From IMG/VR virus record IMGVR_UViG_3300045988_028961: 49,651 nt of DNA, one strand, 5' to 3'. Source of the DNA: a virus. Positions 25,911 through 34,132 of the stretch are shown here, one piece after another (positions within the stretch are counted from its first letter, which is position 1; every line of letters begins with the position of its first letter). The notes beneath the pieces are model-generated. The model had not been told where the DNA came from. It made no database searches and was given only the letters and a program-made list of their open reading frames with translations. The position numbers and the translations under genes are program-made.

Positions 25911-26494
25911 TCTTCAACATGACGCCATACCGGCGGCCCATTACGCTGGTGCCGGTGCCCACGCTGTGGAGCAGCAACTACACTTATACCGGGTCGGAGA
26001 TCACGCAGACGGCGATCGGCTATGACAGCACCCTGATGACCCAGTCGGGTACAGTTTCTGCCACGAATCCTGGTACATACAGCGTCACCTACTCTCTTGT
26101 TGATCCGCTGAACTGCCAATGGGCGGATGGGACGACGGAGGACAAGACGCTGCAATGGTCGATCAACAAGGCGCGGTACAGCCTCTATGTCGCCCATACC
26201 GGCACGCTGCAGTATAAGGTCGGAATAACGGCTCCCAGCATGCTATCGGCTTCCGATGCCGCCAACTTCTCGCTGAACGCCGAGATGCGGTATGGTCGGT
26301 TTAATGTTTCTGTTGGGAGCGTGGAGGAGATGGCGGAGTCGCCAAGCGGCGCGTCCAGATTCAGCGTGGCAATAGGACTAACTCGGAATTATTCCAATAC
26401 AGTGACAGACTACATGACTGTTACGCTGACGTACACAGGAGACAATGGTAATATCATGGAGACAGAGAGCAAGCTTGTAAAAGTCACCGAATAA
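25907..26494 (+). CDS. hypothetical tail-module protein (Ig-like repeat flavour)
   Basis: ATG 25907 overlaps the previous TGA. YTYTGSEITQ...GTYSVTYSL pattern. Confidence 0.45.
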   Translation: MIFNMTPYRRPITLVPVPTLWSSNYTYTGSEITQTAIGYDSTLMTQSGTVSATNPGTYSVTYSLVDPLNCQWADGTTEDKTLQWSINKARYSLYVAHTGTLQYKVGITAPSMLSASDAANFSLNAEMRYGRFNVSVGSVEEMAESPSGASRFSVAIGLTRNYSNTVTDYMTVTLTYTGDNGNIMETESKLVKVTE

Positions 26495-26505
26495 GGAGGG
26501 ACGCA

Positions 26506-27060
26506 ATGGCACACAGACTGGACTACTCATGGCTGGATCTGGAGTACCCCAGGCGGGGCAAACAGGTCTGGCGCAAACTGATCCCCCTGGAGGGGCTATT
26601 GCAGGACGACTACGGCAAGCGGCTGGACTGCACGCTGACCTCGCTGGCCTGCATCTTCGGCAAGAAGTACTACGGCGACATCGAGGGCATCGCCCTCAAG
26701 TATGGCTACAACGGCGACAAGCGGGGCACCAATCCGCTTGTCGTGAAGGCCATTATGCGGGAGCTTGCCCGGCGGTGGAATATCCCCGGCAAGGCCCGCA
26801 GCGCCTACGGCAAGGGCGTGGGCTGGACGTGGCGCATGGTCAAGGACATCGTGAGCCGCAACATCCCCATCGTCCTCAACCTGTGGCGGGACGGCAGGGG
26901 CTACTACAAAGACCACAGCGTGACGGTCATCGGCGCGGAGGAATACGAGCAGGCGCGGTTTTTGCTGGTTTTGGACAACTGGCACAAGACGGTGAGCCTG
27001 ATCGACTACGACAAGCTGTGGATCATCAGCAGCGTCAACTGGATGGAGGGAGCGACATGA
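26506..27060 (+). CDS. Papain-fold (C39-like) cysteine peptidase candidate in the tail module
   Basis: Candidate nucleophile in LDCTLTSLACIF and candidate His in KDHSVTVIG, followed by LDNW. 184 aa. Confidence 0.45.
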   Translation: MAHRLDYSWLDLEYPRRGKQVWRKLIPLEGLLQDDYGKRLDCTLTSLACIFGKKYYGDIEGIALKYGYNGDKRGTNPLVVKAIMRELARRWNIPGKARSAYGKGVGWTWRMVKDIVSRNIPIVLNLWRDGRGYYKDHSVTVIGAEEYEQARFLLVLDNWHKTVSLIDYDKLWIISSVNWMEGAT

Positions 27061-27719
27061 TCGAGCCTATCGTGATCAAGGTCACGGACAAGGTGCCGGA
27101 GCTGGTCTCCGGGCCGGAGTATGTGGTCTGCGACAACAGCGATTACACCGTGGTGTGGCAGCTGGACGAGGAGTGGGCCCAATTTGAGCACAGGACGATG
27201 CAGGTCAACTACAAGGACGGTACCTATGAGCGGGTGCTGTTCACCGGCGACACCTGCGCACTCCCGGCTATCCCTGTGCCGGGGCCGGTGCATGTGGGCC
27301 TGTTCGCGGGCGATATCCACACCACGCGGCCCGCGCGGCTGCTGGCGGTGCGCTCCGCCACCACGGACAGCGGCGAGGAGCGCGACCCCATGCCCGACGG
27401 CTACGCCCAGGCCATTAAGGCGCTGGACGGGAAGCTGGACAAGAACCAGGGCGCGAACAACGCGGGGAAGGCGCTGGTCGTCGGCGATGACGGCAACGTT
27501 GTGCCCGGCAAGGCGCAGGGCGGTGGTGGCGGCGCGACGGAGTGGAGCGAGCTGCTGAACAAGCCGTTTGAGACCATCGACGCCGGACTGAAGGTGGAGG
27601 ACGGTGCACTTATGGTGGACACGGCGGACGAAGTGGAGCAGGACAACACCAAGCCCATCACCGCAGCAGCGGTGTATATGGAAGTGGGCAACATCAACGC
27701 CTTGCTTGCGACCATCTGA
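27057..27719 (+). CDS. Tail fibre-associated protein
   Basis: ATGA coupling at 27057. The upstream part of track ORF 26529..27719 is an out-of-frame shadow. Confidence 0.5.
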   Translation: MIEPIVIKVTDKVPELVSGPEYVVCDNSDYTVVWQLDEEWAQFEHRTMQVNYKDGTYERVLFTGDTCALPAIPVPGPVHVGLFAGDIHTTRPARLLAVRSATTDSGEERDPMPDGYAQAIKALDGKLDKNQGANNAGKALVVGDDGNVVPGKAQGGGGGATEWSELLNKPFETIDAGLKVEDGALMVDTADEVEQDNTKPITAAAVYMEVGNINALLATI

Positions 27720-27735
27720 TTGGAGGGAATCATCT

Positions 27736-28617
27736 ATGAGCACTCAGACTGAAATTACAAGACTTCAGAATGCGAGAAACACGATCCGCACCTGGCTGGT
27801 AGGCTTGGGGCTGGCCACGGCCACCGACAAGATGGACGCGCTGGCCACCAAGGCGGCGGCCATCAAGAACCAGGGCGCTATTGACGCCAGCGTCAAGGAG
27901 GGCGAGAGCTACACCATCCCGGCGGGATATCATAACGGCACCGGCACCGTCAAGGGTGTGGCGGGCGGCGGCAACTACCAGCTGCAGGCCAAGACCGCGA
28001 CCCCCACCAAGGAGCAGCAGTCCATTACGCCTGACCAAGGCTACTACGGCCTGTCCGGCGTGACCGTTGGCGCCATCCCCGAAAACTATCAGGACGTGTC
28101 CGCAACCACAGCGAAGGAGGGCGACGTGCTGGCCAACAAGGTCTTTGTCAAGGCCGATGGTTCCACGGCAGCCGGTACCATGAAGGACAACGGCAGCGTG
28201 AGCAAGACGCTGGACGCCACCACCGACAACCAGAGCTACACCGTCCCCGCTGGTAAGCACAGCGGCGAGGGCACGGTGACGATCGTGCTGGAGGAGAAGA
28301 GCGCCACGCCCGCCGAGGCAGCCCAGACGGTTTCCCCCACGGCGGGCAAGGTGCTGAGCAAGGTGACTGTGGCGGCGATCCCCGTTAAGTACAAGGACGT
28401 GTCCGGTGTGACGGCCACGGCGGCCCACGTGCTGGCGGGCGACAAGTTTGTGGACAGCAAGGGCGTGCTCACAGACGGCACCATGGCCAACAACGGAGCA
28501 GTGTCCAAGACCATGGACGGCCTGACAGAGACCTCTGTGACCATCGCCGCGGGCTACACTTCCGGCGGCACTGTGATCTTGACCAACGCCATCGAGACCG
28601 CGCTGGCGGCGATTTGA
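27736..28617 (+). CDS. Tail fibre protein with internal repeats
   Basis: The N-terminal TEITRLQNARNTI module is shared with the next gene. Repeated ATP..(E)QQ..P..G..LS.VTV.AIP..Y.DVS..TA units. Confidence 0.6.
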   Translation: MSTQTEITRLQNARNTIRTWLVGLGLATATDKMDALATKAAAIKNQGAIDASVKEGESYTIPAGYHNGTGTVKGVAGGGNYQLQAKTATPTKEQQSITPDQGYYGLSGVTVGAIPENYQDVSATTAKEGDVLANKVFVKADGSTAAGTMKDNGSVSKTLDATTDNQSYTVPAGKHSGEGTVTIVLEEKSATPAEAAQTVSPTAGKVLSKVTVAAIPVKYKDVSGVTATAAHVLAGDKFVDSKGVLTDGTMANNGAVSKTMDGLTETSVTIAAGYTSGGTVILTNAIETALAAI

Positions 28618-28625
28618 GGTGCACT

Positions 28626-30329
28626 ATGAGTATTTTGACTGAAATCACACGGTTAGAAAACGCAAAAGCCGCCATTGCCGCAGCAATCGCAGAAAAAGGC
28701 GTTACTGTGCCGGATGGGACACTGCTGGACGGCATGGCGGCGTTGATTGACAGCATTGAAACCGGTGTAGGCGACGACACGCCGGACTATGTGCTGACCG
28801 CCGCCGATGCGCTGGCCAAGAAGGTCGTGAACCACATCGGAAGCGACAACATCGTGTTTGCAGCAATGGCGGACGCGCACCTTGGCTACTATACCGACAC
28901 GGAGAACGCTGCAGGCAAACAGGCGGGGCAGGCGCTGAAACGGCTTACCGAGCGGTGCGACTTGGATTTTGTTGTCCATCTGGGCGACTACACCACCGGC
29001 GCGTGGAACACCACCGTGGAATCTGCTATGCAGGACAACGCAGACTATCAGCTGCTTATCGGTTCCAAGTTTCCCGGTCGGCAGGCGTGGTGCGTGGGCA
29101 ACCACGATGACGCGCCCTATCAGGCCACGGCGAACCGAATGACCCAGACGCAGGTGTACGCCGCCATCAGCCGGAAGAATCTGGCCAGCAACGGCTATGT
29201 GCCGGGCAACACAGCCTACGGCTACATGGACTTCCCCGCGCTGCGGCTGCGACTGATTTATCTGGACACCCATGACCGGAGAGGTTGGAGCAGCGCGCAG
29301 GTAGGTGTAGGTGAGAACTGCAATTTTCTTAATGTGGAAAACATCGGCGCTGTGCAGCTCCAGTGGCTGGCAGACCACGCGCTGAATTTCAGCGACGTGG
29401 ACGATCCCTCCAAGTGGTCGATTCTGGTTTTATCACACGCTGTTTTGGGTACGTCCGGCACCTACACCGACCCCGGCCCCGGCGGCATGGTGCATCCGTG
29501 CAATACGGCCAACGCGGCGACGCTGCTAAAAGCCTACGCCACCAAGAAGAGCGGCAGCATCTCCCACGGCGGCGTGGCAGTGAACTACGATTTCACGGCG
29601 GTCACACCGGCGGGGATCATCGGGTGTATCCACGGCCACGAACATCGCTATGCCAACGAGACCGTGGGCGGGGCGTTCCTGTCCATTTGCTGCCCAAACA
29701 TCTTGAACGGGCGAGAGCGTGTGTCGGTGGACGGCAACACTTACAGCAAGACGGCGGGGACGGCCAACGGCACATCCTTCTGCGTGTTCAGTATCAACCG
29801 CGCTGACAAGAAGATCTATGTTGACCACTACGGCCCCGGCATTGACAGGGAGTTTGACTATACCGTGATCGACCCCAGCGCACCCAGCTACACCAACATG
29901 CTGCCCAGTGCCACCGACACGGACGGCAGCGTCTACAACGACGTAGGCTATGCGGTGGGCCAGCGGCTCAACAGCTCCGGCACCGCCGAGAGCTACACCG
30001 GTATGTATCTGACAGGCTTCATTCCGGTCAGTTTTGGCGACGTGGTGCGGCTGAAGAACGTCACATGGCAGTACGGCGTGACCTCCGGGATCACCAGCAA
30101 CAACCAGCGTATTTCCTTCTACGACGCGAACAAGAGCCATCTGGGACAGACAAACGGTGCTGGCGCGGGCGGCACGCTGGCTGGCGTGAAGGATGCCAAC
30201 AACATCTGGACGCAGTTCACGGTGAAAAACTCCAGCGGTCTAACGCTGGATAATGTCGCTTATTTCAGGCTTTGCTGCGCAGGCATCACAAGCGAGAGCA
30301 TCATCACCGTCAACGAGGAGATCACGTAA
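28626..30329 (+). CDS. Tail fibre-like protein carrying a calcineurin-type metallophosphoesterase domain
   Basis: N-terminal TEITRLENAKAAI module. Phosphoesterase motifs ADAHLG, HLGDY, GNHD, LSHA and GHEHR, in order. A ~150-aa C-terminal beta-rich domain. Confidence 0.65.
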   Translation: MSILTEITRLENAKAAIAAAIAEKGVTVPDGTLLDGMAALIDSIETGVGDDTPDYVLTAADALAKKVVNHIGSDNIVFAAMADAHLGYYTDTENAAGKQAGQALKRLTERCDLDFVVHLGDYTTGAWNTTVESAMQDNADYQLLIGSKFPGRQAWCVGNHDDAPYQATANRMTQTQVYAAISRKNLASNGYVPGNTAYGYMDFPALRLRLIYLDTHDRRGWSSAQVGVGENCNFLNVENIGAVQLQWLADHALNFSDVDDPSKWSILVLSHAVLGTSGTYTDPGPGGMVHPCNTANAATLLKAYATKKSGSISHGGVAVNYDFTAVTPAGIIGCIHGHEHRYANETVGGAFLSICCPNILNGRERVSVDGNTYSKTAGTANGTSFCVFSINRADKKIYVDHYGPGIDREFDYTVIDPSAPSYTNMLPSATDTDGSVYNDVGYAVGQRLNSSGTAESYTGMYLTGFIPVSFGDVVRLKNVTWQYGVTSGITSNNQRISFYDANKSHLGQTNGAGAGGTLAGVKDANNIWTQFTVKNSSGLTLDNVAYFRLCCAGITSESIITVNEEIT

Positions 30330-30556
30330 TGGATAACACCTGTGTGTGCTGCGGGGCAATCGTCCCCGAGGGGCGGATGGTCTGCCCCATCTGCGAGAAA
30401 TACGAAAGGAGGGCGGGCGATGGAAGCATGGGTAAGTCAGATCGTCGTGCCGCTGGCGGTGGCCGTTCTGACGAGCGGCGGCCTGTGGGCGCTGATCGCC
30501 AAGCGGGCGGACAAGAACGATGCGGAGCGGAAGATGCTGGTGGGGCTGGCGCATGA
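30329..30556 (+). CDS. Small zinc-ribbon ORF (end uncertain)
   Basis: TAATG coupling. MDNTCVCCG...CPICE looks genuine. The distal Arg/Gly-rich part overlaps the next gene out of frame and looks spurious. Confidence 0.25.
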   Translation: MDNTCVCCGAIVPEGRMVCPICEKYERRAGDGSMGKSDRRAAGGGRSDERRPVGADRQAGGQERCGAEDAGGAGA

Positions 30557-30722
30557 CCGGATCATCCATCTGGGCATGACCTACGTCCAGCGGGGCGAGA
30601 TCACGCAGGACGAGTATGAGAACCTCAACGATTATCTGTATGCGCCGTATGAGAAGATGGGCGGAAACGGCAGCGCCAAGCGCGTGATGGAAGAAGTGCG
30701 CAGGCTGCCGATCCGGAAATAA
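30420..30722 (+). CDS. Single-pass membrane protein in the lysis cassette (possible holin accessory)
   Basis: RBS AAGGAGGG. TM helix IVVPLAVAVLTSGGLWALI. Immediately upstream of the holin. Confidence 0.5.
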   Translation: MEAWVSQIVVPLAVAVLTSGGLWALIAKRADKNDAERKMLVGLAHDRIIHLGMTYVQRGEITQDEYENLNDYLYAPYEKMGGNGSAKRVMEEVRRLPIRK

Positions 30723-30757
30723 TGGACAGGCTGATGAAGCCGGAAAGGAACTACATC

Positions 30758-30985
30758 ATGAAACTGAATGACAAAATCTATGATACCCTCAAGTGGGTGG
30801 TGATGATCGTACTGCCCGCCATCGCCACGCTGTATGCCGCGCTGGCTCCCGTCTGGGGCTGGCCCCGGCCCGATGACGTGGTGCTGACGCTGAACGCCGT
30901 GACGGCCTTCGCAGGCGCTGTGCTGGGCATTTCCACGGCGCAGTACAACAAGGACAAGGCCAATGAGGGCAGCGACAATGCCTAA
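30758..30985 (+). CDS. Holin
   Basis: Two TM helices (LKWVVMIVLPAIATLYAALA and LNAVTAFAGAVLGIS) and a charged C-terminus. Directly upstream of the amidase. ATG 30722 is an alternative start. Confidence 0.7.
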   Translation: MKLNDKIYDTLKWVVMIVLPAIATLYAALAPVWGWPRPDDVVLTLNAVTAFAGAVLGISTAQYNKDKANEGSDNA

Positions 30986-31676
30986 CATCTTCCTCAGTCC
31001 CGAGGATCGGGCCAGCAACGTCTACGCCAGCTCTGCATTGTGGAACGGGCGCACCACCAACGAGAAGGAACAGATGGGCCGGTGCGCCGACTATCTGGAG
31101 ATCGCGCTGAAGCGCTGCGGCTGCGAGGTGATCAATGCCCAGTACGGCAACATGTACGACCGGGTGCGGGCATCCAACGCGTGGCCCGCCGATCTCCACA
31201 TCGCGCTGCACACCAACGGCTTCAATGGCTCAGTGGCGGGTACGCGGGTTCACTGCTACCCCAGCGACAAGAGCCGGAAGATCGGCAAGCTGATCCAGGA
31301 GCGGATCGCGCCCCGGTCTCCCGGCGCTCCGGACTATCTGGTGGAGGATTCCGCCCTGTACGAGCTGCGGGCAACCACCATGCCCGCCGTGCTGCCGGAG
31401 TTCGGCTTCCACGACAATCCGGAGGAGGCCCAGTGGCTCATCGACAACATGGAGGCCATCGCGGAGCAGACCTGTCAGGCCGTGTGCGAGTTCTTCGGCA
31501 TTCCCTACATCGCGCCGGACAAGCAGATCGACCTCGATCCGGAGCCGGTGCCCGATTCGGGCACGATCTACCGGGTGCAGGTGGGCGCGTTTGAGAGCAA
31601 GACCAATGCCGAGGCGTATCTGGCGAAGGTGCGCGAGGTGCTGCCGGAGGCGTTCATCGCCGAAGTGAGGGTGTGA
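30978..31676 (+). CDS. Endolysin: N-acetylmuramoyl-L-alanine amidase (Amidase_3-like) with a C-terminal SPOR-like domain
   Basis: ...DLHIALHTNG...RVHCYP...LPEFGFHDN is amidase-like. The C-terminal YRVQVGAFESKTNAEAYLAKV is a SPOR signature. Confidence 0.85.
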   Translation: MPNIFLSPEDRASNVYASSALWNGRTTNEKEQMGRCADYLEIALKRCGCEVINAQYGNMYDRVRASNAWPADLHIALHTNGFNGSVAGTRVHCYPSDKSRKIGKLIQERIAPRSPGAPDYLVEDSALYELRATTMPAVLPEFGFHDNPEEAQWLIDNMEAIAEQTCQAVCEFFGIPYIAPDKQIDLDPEPVPDSGTIYRVQVGAFESKTNAEAYLAKVREVLPEAFIAEVRV

Positions 31677-31687
31677 GAAAACGACAA

Positions 31688-31711
31688 CAGCGCACCCATG
31701 TGGGTGCGCTG
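31688..31711. terminator. Hairpin between convergent genes
   Basis: CAGCGCACCCA tg TGGGTGCGCTG perfect inverted repeat. Weak U-runs. Confidence 0.5.
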
Positions 31712-31725
31712 TTGATCAATAAGCG

Positions 31726-32064
31726 TCAGCCTCTCTCGTGCAGGCCAACGGCCTGGGCCAGCAGAAGACGAACGTAAGCTGGGCAGGTGTTCGTGCCAGA
31801 TTCCCAGTTTTCCACCGTCCGGCGGGGGATGCAGAAGCGCTGGGCAAAGGCGGCCTGGGACAGGCCGGTGGCGGCACGGATCTCCTTGACCGTCAGATGG
31901 GCGGCGTCCCAGAGCTGGCCGAGCTGCTGGAGGCGGTCATCCGGGATCGCGGCGTCGGGCGCGTCGCCCCAGATGGATGACAGGGCCGCGTCGGAAATGA
32001 AGGCGTCGCGGTCGGCGGAGGCCAAGGCCTCGGCCCAGAGGACGTTGAATTGAAAATCAGTCAT
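31726..32064 (-). CDS. XRE-type HTH protein (antitoxin-like or autoregulator candidate)
   Basis: The C-terminal LTVKEIRAATGLSQAAFAQRFCIPRRTVENWESG... is a classic XRE HTH. Confidence 0.7.
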   Translation of the reverse strand: MTDFQFNVLWAEALASADRDAFISDAALSSIWGDAPDAAIPDDRLQQLGQLWDAAHLTVKEIRAATGLSQAAFAQRFCIPRRTVENWESGTNTCPAYVRLLLAQAVGLHERG

Positions 32065-32082
32065 GCTGCTCTCCCTTCTGCG

Positions 32083-32370
32083 TCAGCGGACTTCGAACGC
32101 GACGATCTCACTGTCGCGGTCGGCGTTCTCCTCGTCGAACTCCCGGCCCTCGGCCTGGAAGCGGTAGACGGGCCACAGCTCGACTTCCTGCGGGTTCTCC
32201 GTGTCGAGGTCGTAGCGGTTCAGCACCCGGAAGGAGCGCAGGTATGCTTCGCCGTTCCAGCCGTCGGCGCAGTACAGAGCACCGTCGATATCGTAGATGG
32301 GCATGTCGTTGGAGGGCTGGGCGTTCCACCAGGAATCAACCGGGGCGATGGCTTTGATGTTCTCGTTCAT
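32083..32370 (-). CDS. hypothetical acidic protein (95 aa), first gene of the 2-gene module
   Basis: RBS GAGAGGAG. Trp- and acid-rich. No domain recognised. Confidence 0.6.
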   Translation of the reverse strand: MNENIKAIAPVDSWWNAQPSNDMPIYDIDGALYCADGWNGEAYLRSFRVLNRYDLDTENPQEVELWPVYRFQAEGREFDEENADRDSEIVAFEVR

Positions 32371-32422
32371 GTTGTTCTCCTCTCTGCCGCGTGGCGGCGA
32401 TCCATATCTAACTTACGGGTTT

Positions 32423-32451
32423 AGTATACCACCGATTCGGTGGTATGTCAA
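32423..32451 (-). promoter_or_regulatory. Consensus-like promoter with a palindromic operator in the spacer
   Basis: On the minus strand: TTGACA (32451-32446), a 17-nt spacer, then TATACT (32428-32423). The palindrome ATACCACCG-att-CGGTGGTAT at 32426-32446 fills the spacer. Confidence 0.65.
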
Positions 32452-32561
32452 GCATAAATCGCAGAACTTTTTGAAAGAAAATCTGAGCGAGGCGTGAGGC
32501 TACGATCCGCCGCCCTCCGCCTCCGTGAATAGCTCCGCAAGCTCACGGCGTGGGAATCAGC

Positions 32562-32801
32562 ATGAATCCGACACATCGTGATATCCGGGCAAAGCTACAG
32601 TCTATGGCGCCCCAGCGGGCGGTGGCCTACATCGCCGGGCTGGGATTGCAAAGCGACGAAGAATTTTTCCTGATCGAGTGCGACGTAAAAGGCAGAAGCT
32701 ATGCGCAGCTATGCACACAGCATTTTGTCACGCCGGAATATATCAACCGGCGACGGCGACGCGCTTACGGGAAAATCGCAGACCATATAAAGAATTTATA
32801 G
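32562..32801 (+). CDS. Sigma-70 region-4-like / phage transcription regulator candidate
   Basis: ...EEFFLIECDVKGRSYAQLCTQHFVTPEYINRRRRRAYGKIADHI resembles the region-4 HTH of small phage activators. The start is uncertain (32550 or 32562). Confidence 0.45.
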   Translation: MNPTHRDIRAKLQSMAPQRAVAYIAGLGLQSDEEFFLIECDVKGRSYAQLCTQHFVTPEYINRRRRRAYGKIADHIKNL

Positions 32802-32804
32802 TCA

Positions 32805-32856
32805 AAAGACCAAACAATGACCATTTATCGGCCATTTGTTTGGTCTTTTTTGTTTT
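32805..32856 (+). terminator. Rho-independent terminator
   Basis: ~17-bp stem AAAGACCAAACAATG.../...CATTTGTTTGGTCTTT followed by TTTTTTGTTTT. Confidence 0.75.
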
Positions 32857-32884
32857 AGACTGGAAACAACAAGGAGGTGTGGAC

Positions 32885-33034
32885 ATGAGCAACAGAAAAC
32901 GATTGATTGAGTGCGGATACACGGAGGAAATGGCAGCGGAAATCTGCCGACTGTACGAAAACGACGAATCCGGACTTTCGATGTTTGTCCATATCATCGA
33001 ACTGTTTTTTGATGACAGGCGAGAGTATGTATAG
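32885..33034 (+). CDS. hypothetical small protein (49 aa)
   Basis: RBS AAGGAGGTG lies before ATG 32885. Confidence 0.4.
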   Translation: MSNRKRLIECGYTEEMAAEICRLYENDESGLSMFVHIIELFFDDRREYV

Positions 33035-33404
33035 CTATTTCAATAAAAACCCCAGGGGCAAAAATGTGGGAGATTGCACGGTGAGGGCAATCTCAAAAGC
33101 CACGGGCCAGGACTGGGAGACAACTTACCTTGCGCTGGCGATGCAGGGCTATTTGGAAGGAGACATGCCGTCTGCAAACGCGGTGTGGGGTGCGTATCTG
33201 CATCGGCTTGGCTACAAAAGACACTTGGTGCCGGATACCTGTCCGGTCTGCTACACGGTAGGCGATTTTGCAAAAGAACATTTGGTAGGCACCTACATTC
33301 TGGCGCTGTCCGGGCATGTGGTATGCGTGCAGGACGGGACGATCTACGATTCGTGGAACTGTGAAAACGAAACGGTTTTGTATTACTGGAGCAAGGAGGA
33401 CTAA
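33027..33404 (+). CDS. hypothetical protein, possible papain-fold Cys/His enzyme
   Basis: NVGDCTVRAIS (candidate Cys), LSGHVVCV (candidate His) and IYDSWN. The start is 33012 or 33027. Confidence 0.5.
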   Translation: MYSYFNKNPRGKNVGDCTVRAISKATGQDWETTYLALAMQGYLEGDMPSANAVWGAYLHRLGYKRHLVPDTCPVCYTVGDFAKEHLVGTYILALSGHVVCVQDGTIYDSWNCENETVLYYWSKED

Positions 33405-33407
33405 ATC

Positions 33408-33839
33408 ATGGCGTACCCTTACGGCTATCAAAATCCTTATTATCCGCAGCCGATGCCGGACAATCTGATGCAGATGCGACAGCAGCAAATGCCGCAGATG
33501 CAGCCAATGCCGCAGGCAGCAAATCCTATCCCCCAGAGCGGCGTGCAGTGGGTCAACGGCGAGATGGAGGCAAGAAACTGGATGGTGGCACCCAACGCAG
33601 CTATCGCGCTGTGGGATTCTTCGGCACCGACGGTGTACTTGAAACAGGCAGACGCCAGCGGTAAACCAACGCTGAAAATCTACGACCTTGTAGAACGCGC
33701 AGAAACGGGCGCTCCTGCGGCGCAAAAAGCTGGCGTGGAGTTTGTCACCCGCGAGGAATTTGACCGCTTAGCGGCACTTGTGGGCGAACTGAAAGGCAAG
33801 AAAAAGCGCAGAGTGGAGGAGGATGACGACGATGAGTAA
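33408..33839 (+). CDS. hypothetical protein with a P/Q/M/Y-rich N-terminus and an acidic tail
   Basis: MAYPYGYQNPYYPQPMPDNLMQMRQQQMPQMQPMPQ..., and the C-terminus KKKRRVEEDDDDE. Confidence 0.55.
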   Translation: MAYPYGYQNPYYPQPMPDNLMQMRQQQMPQMQPMPQAANPIPQSGVQWVNGEMEARNWMVAPNAAIALWDSSAPTVYLKQADASGKPTLKIYDLVERAETGAPAAQKAGVEFVTREEFDRLAALVGELKGKKKRRVEEDDDDE

Positions 33840-34053
33840 CAATCCGTTTTTTGGTGCGCTGGGCGGCAGGCAAATGCCGGGGCCGGTAAGCGGCTTTGCA
33901 CAAATGGTGCAGCAGTTCAACCAGTTTAAGCAGACATTTAAAGGCGACCCCAAAGCGGAGGTGGAAAAGCTTTTGCAGAGTGGGGCTATTTCGCAGCAGC
34001 AGTTGAACCAGTTGCAGCAGATGGCGAAACAGTTCCAAAGTCTGATGCAGTAA
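33832..34053 (+). CDS. hypothetical Q-rich helical small protein
   Basis: Overlaps the previous stop. ...FAQMVQQFNQFKQTF...QQQLNQLQQMAKQFQSLMQ. Confidence 0.5.
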   Translation: MSNNPFFGALGGRQMPGPVSGFAQMVQQFNQFKQTFKGDPKAEVEKLLQSGAISQQQLNQLQQMAKQFQSLMQ

Positions 34054-34132
34054 AAAATATAAGGCAAATATTTTAATTCTTTATCGTGGCCACGATTCAG
34101 ATAAAAACAATTTTAAATAAAGGAGTGATTAT

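Noticed and set aside
26529-27056. N-terminal 176 codons of track ORF 26529..27719 (396 aa)
   Set aside because: This part overlaps 26506..27060 out of frame and is Arg/Gly/Pro/Gln-rich. The real gene starts at ATG 27057, which forms an ATGA overlap with the upstream stop.
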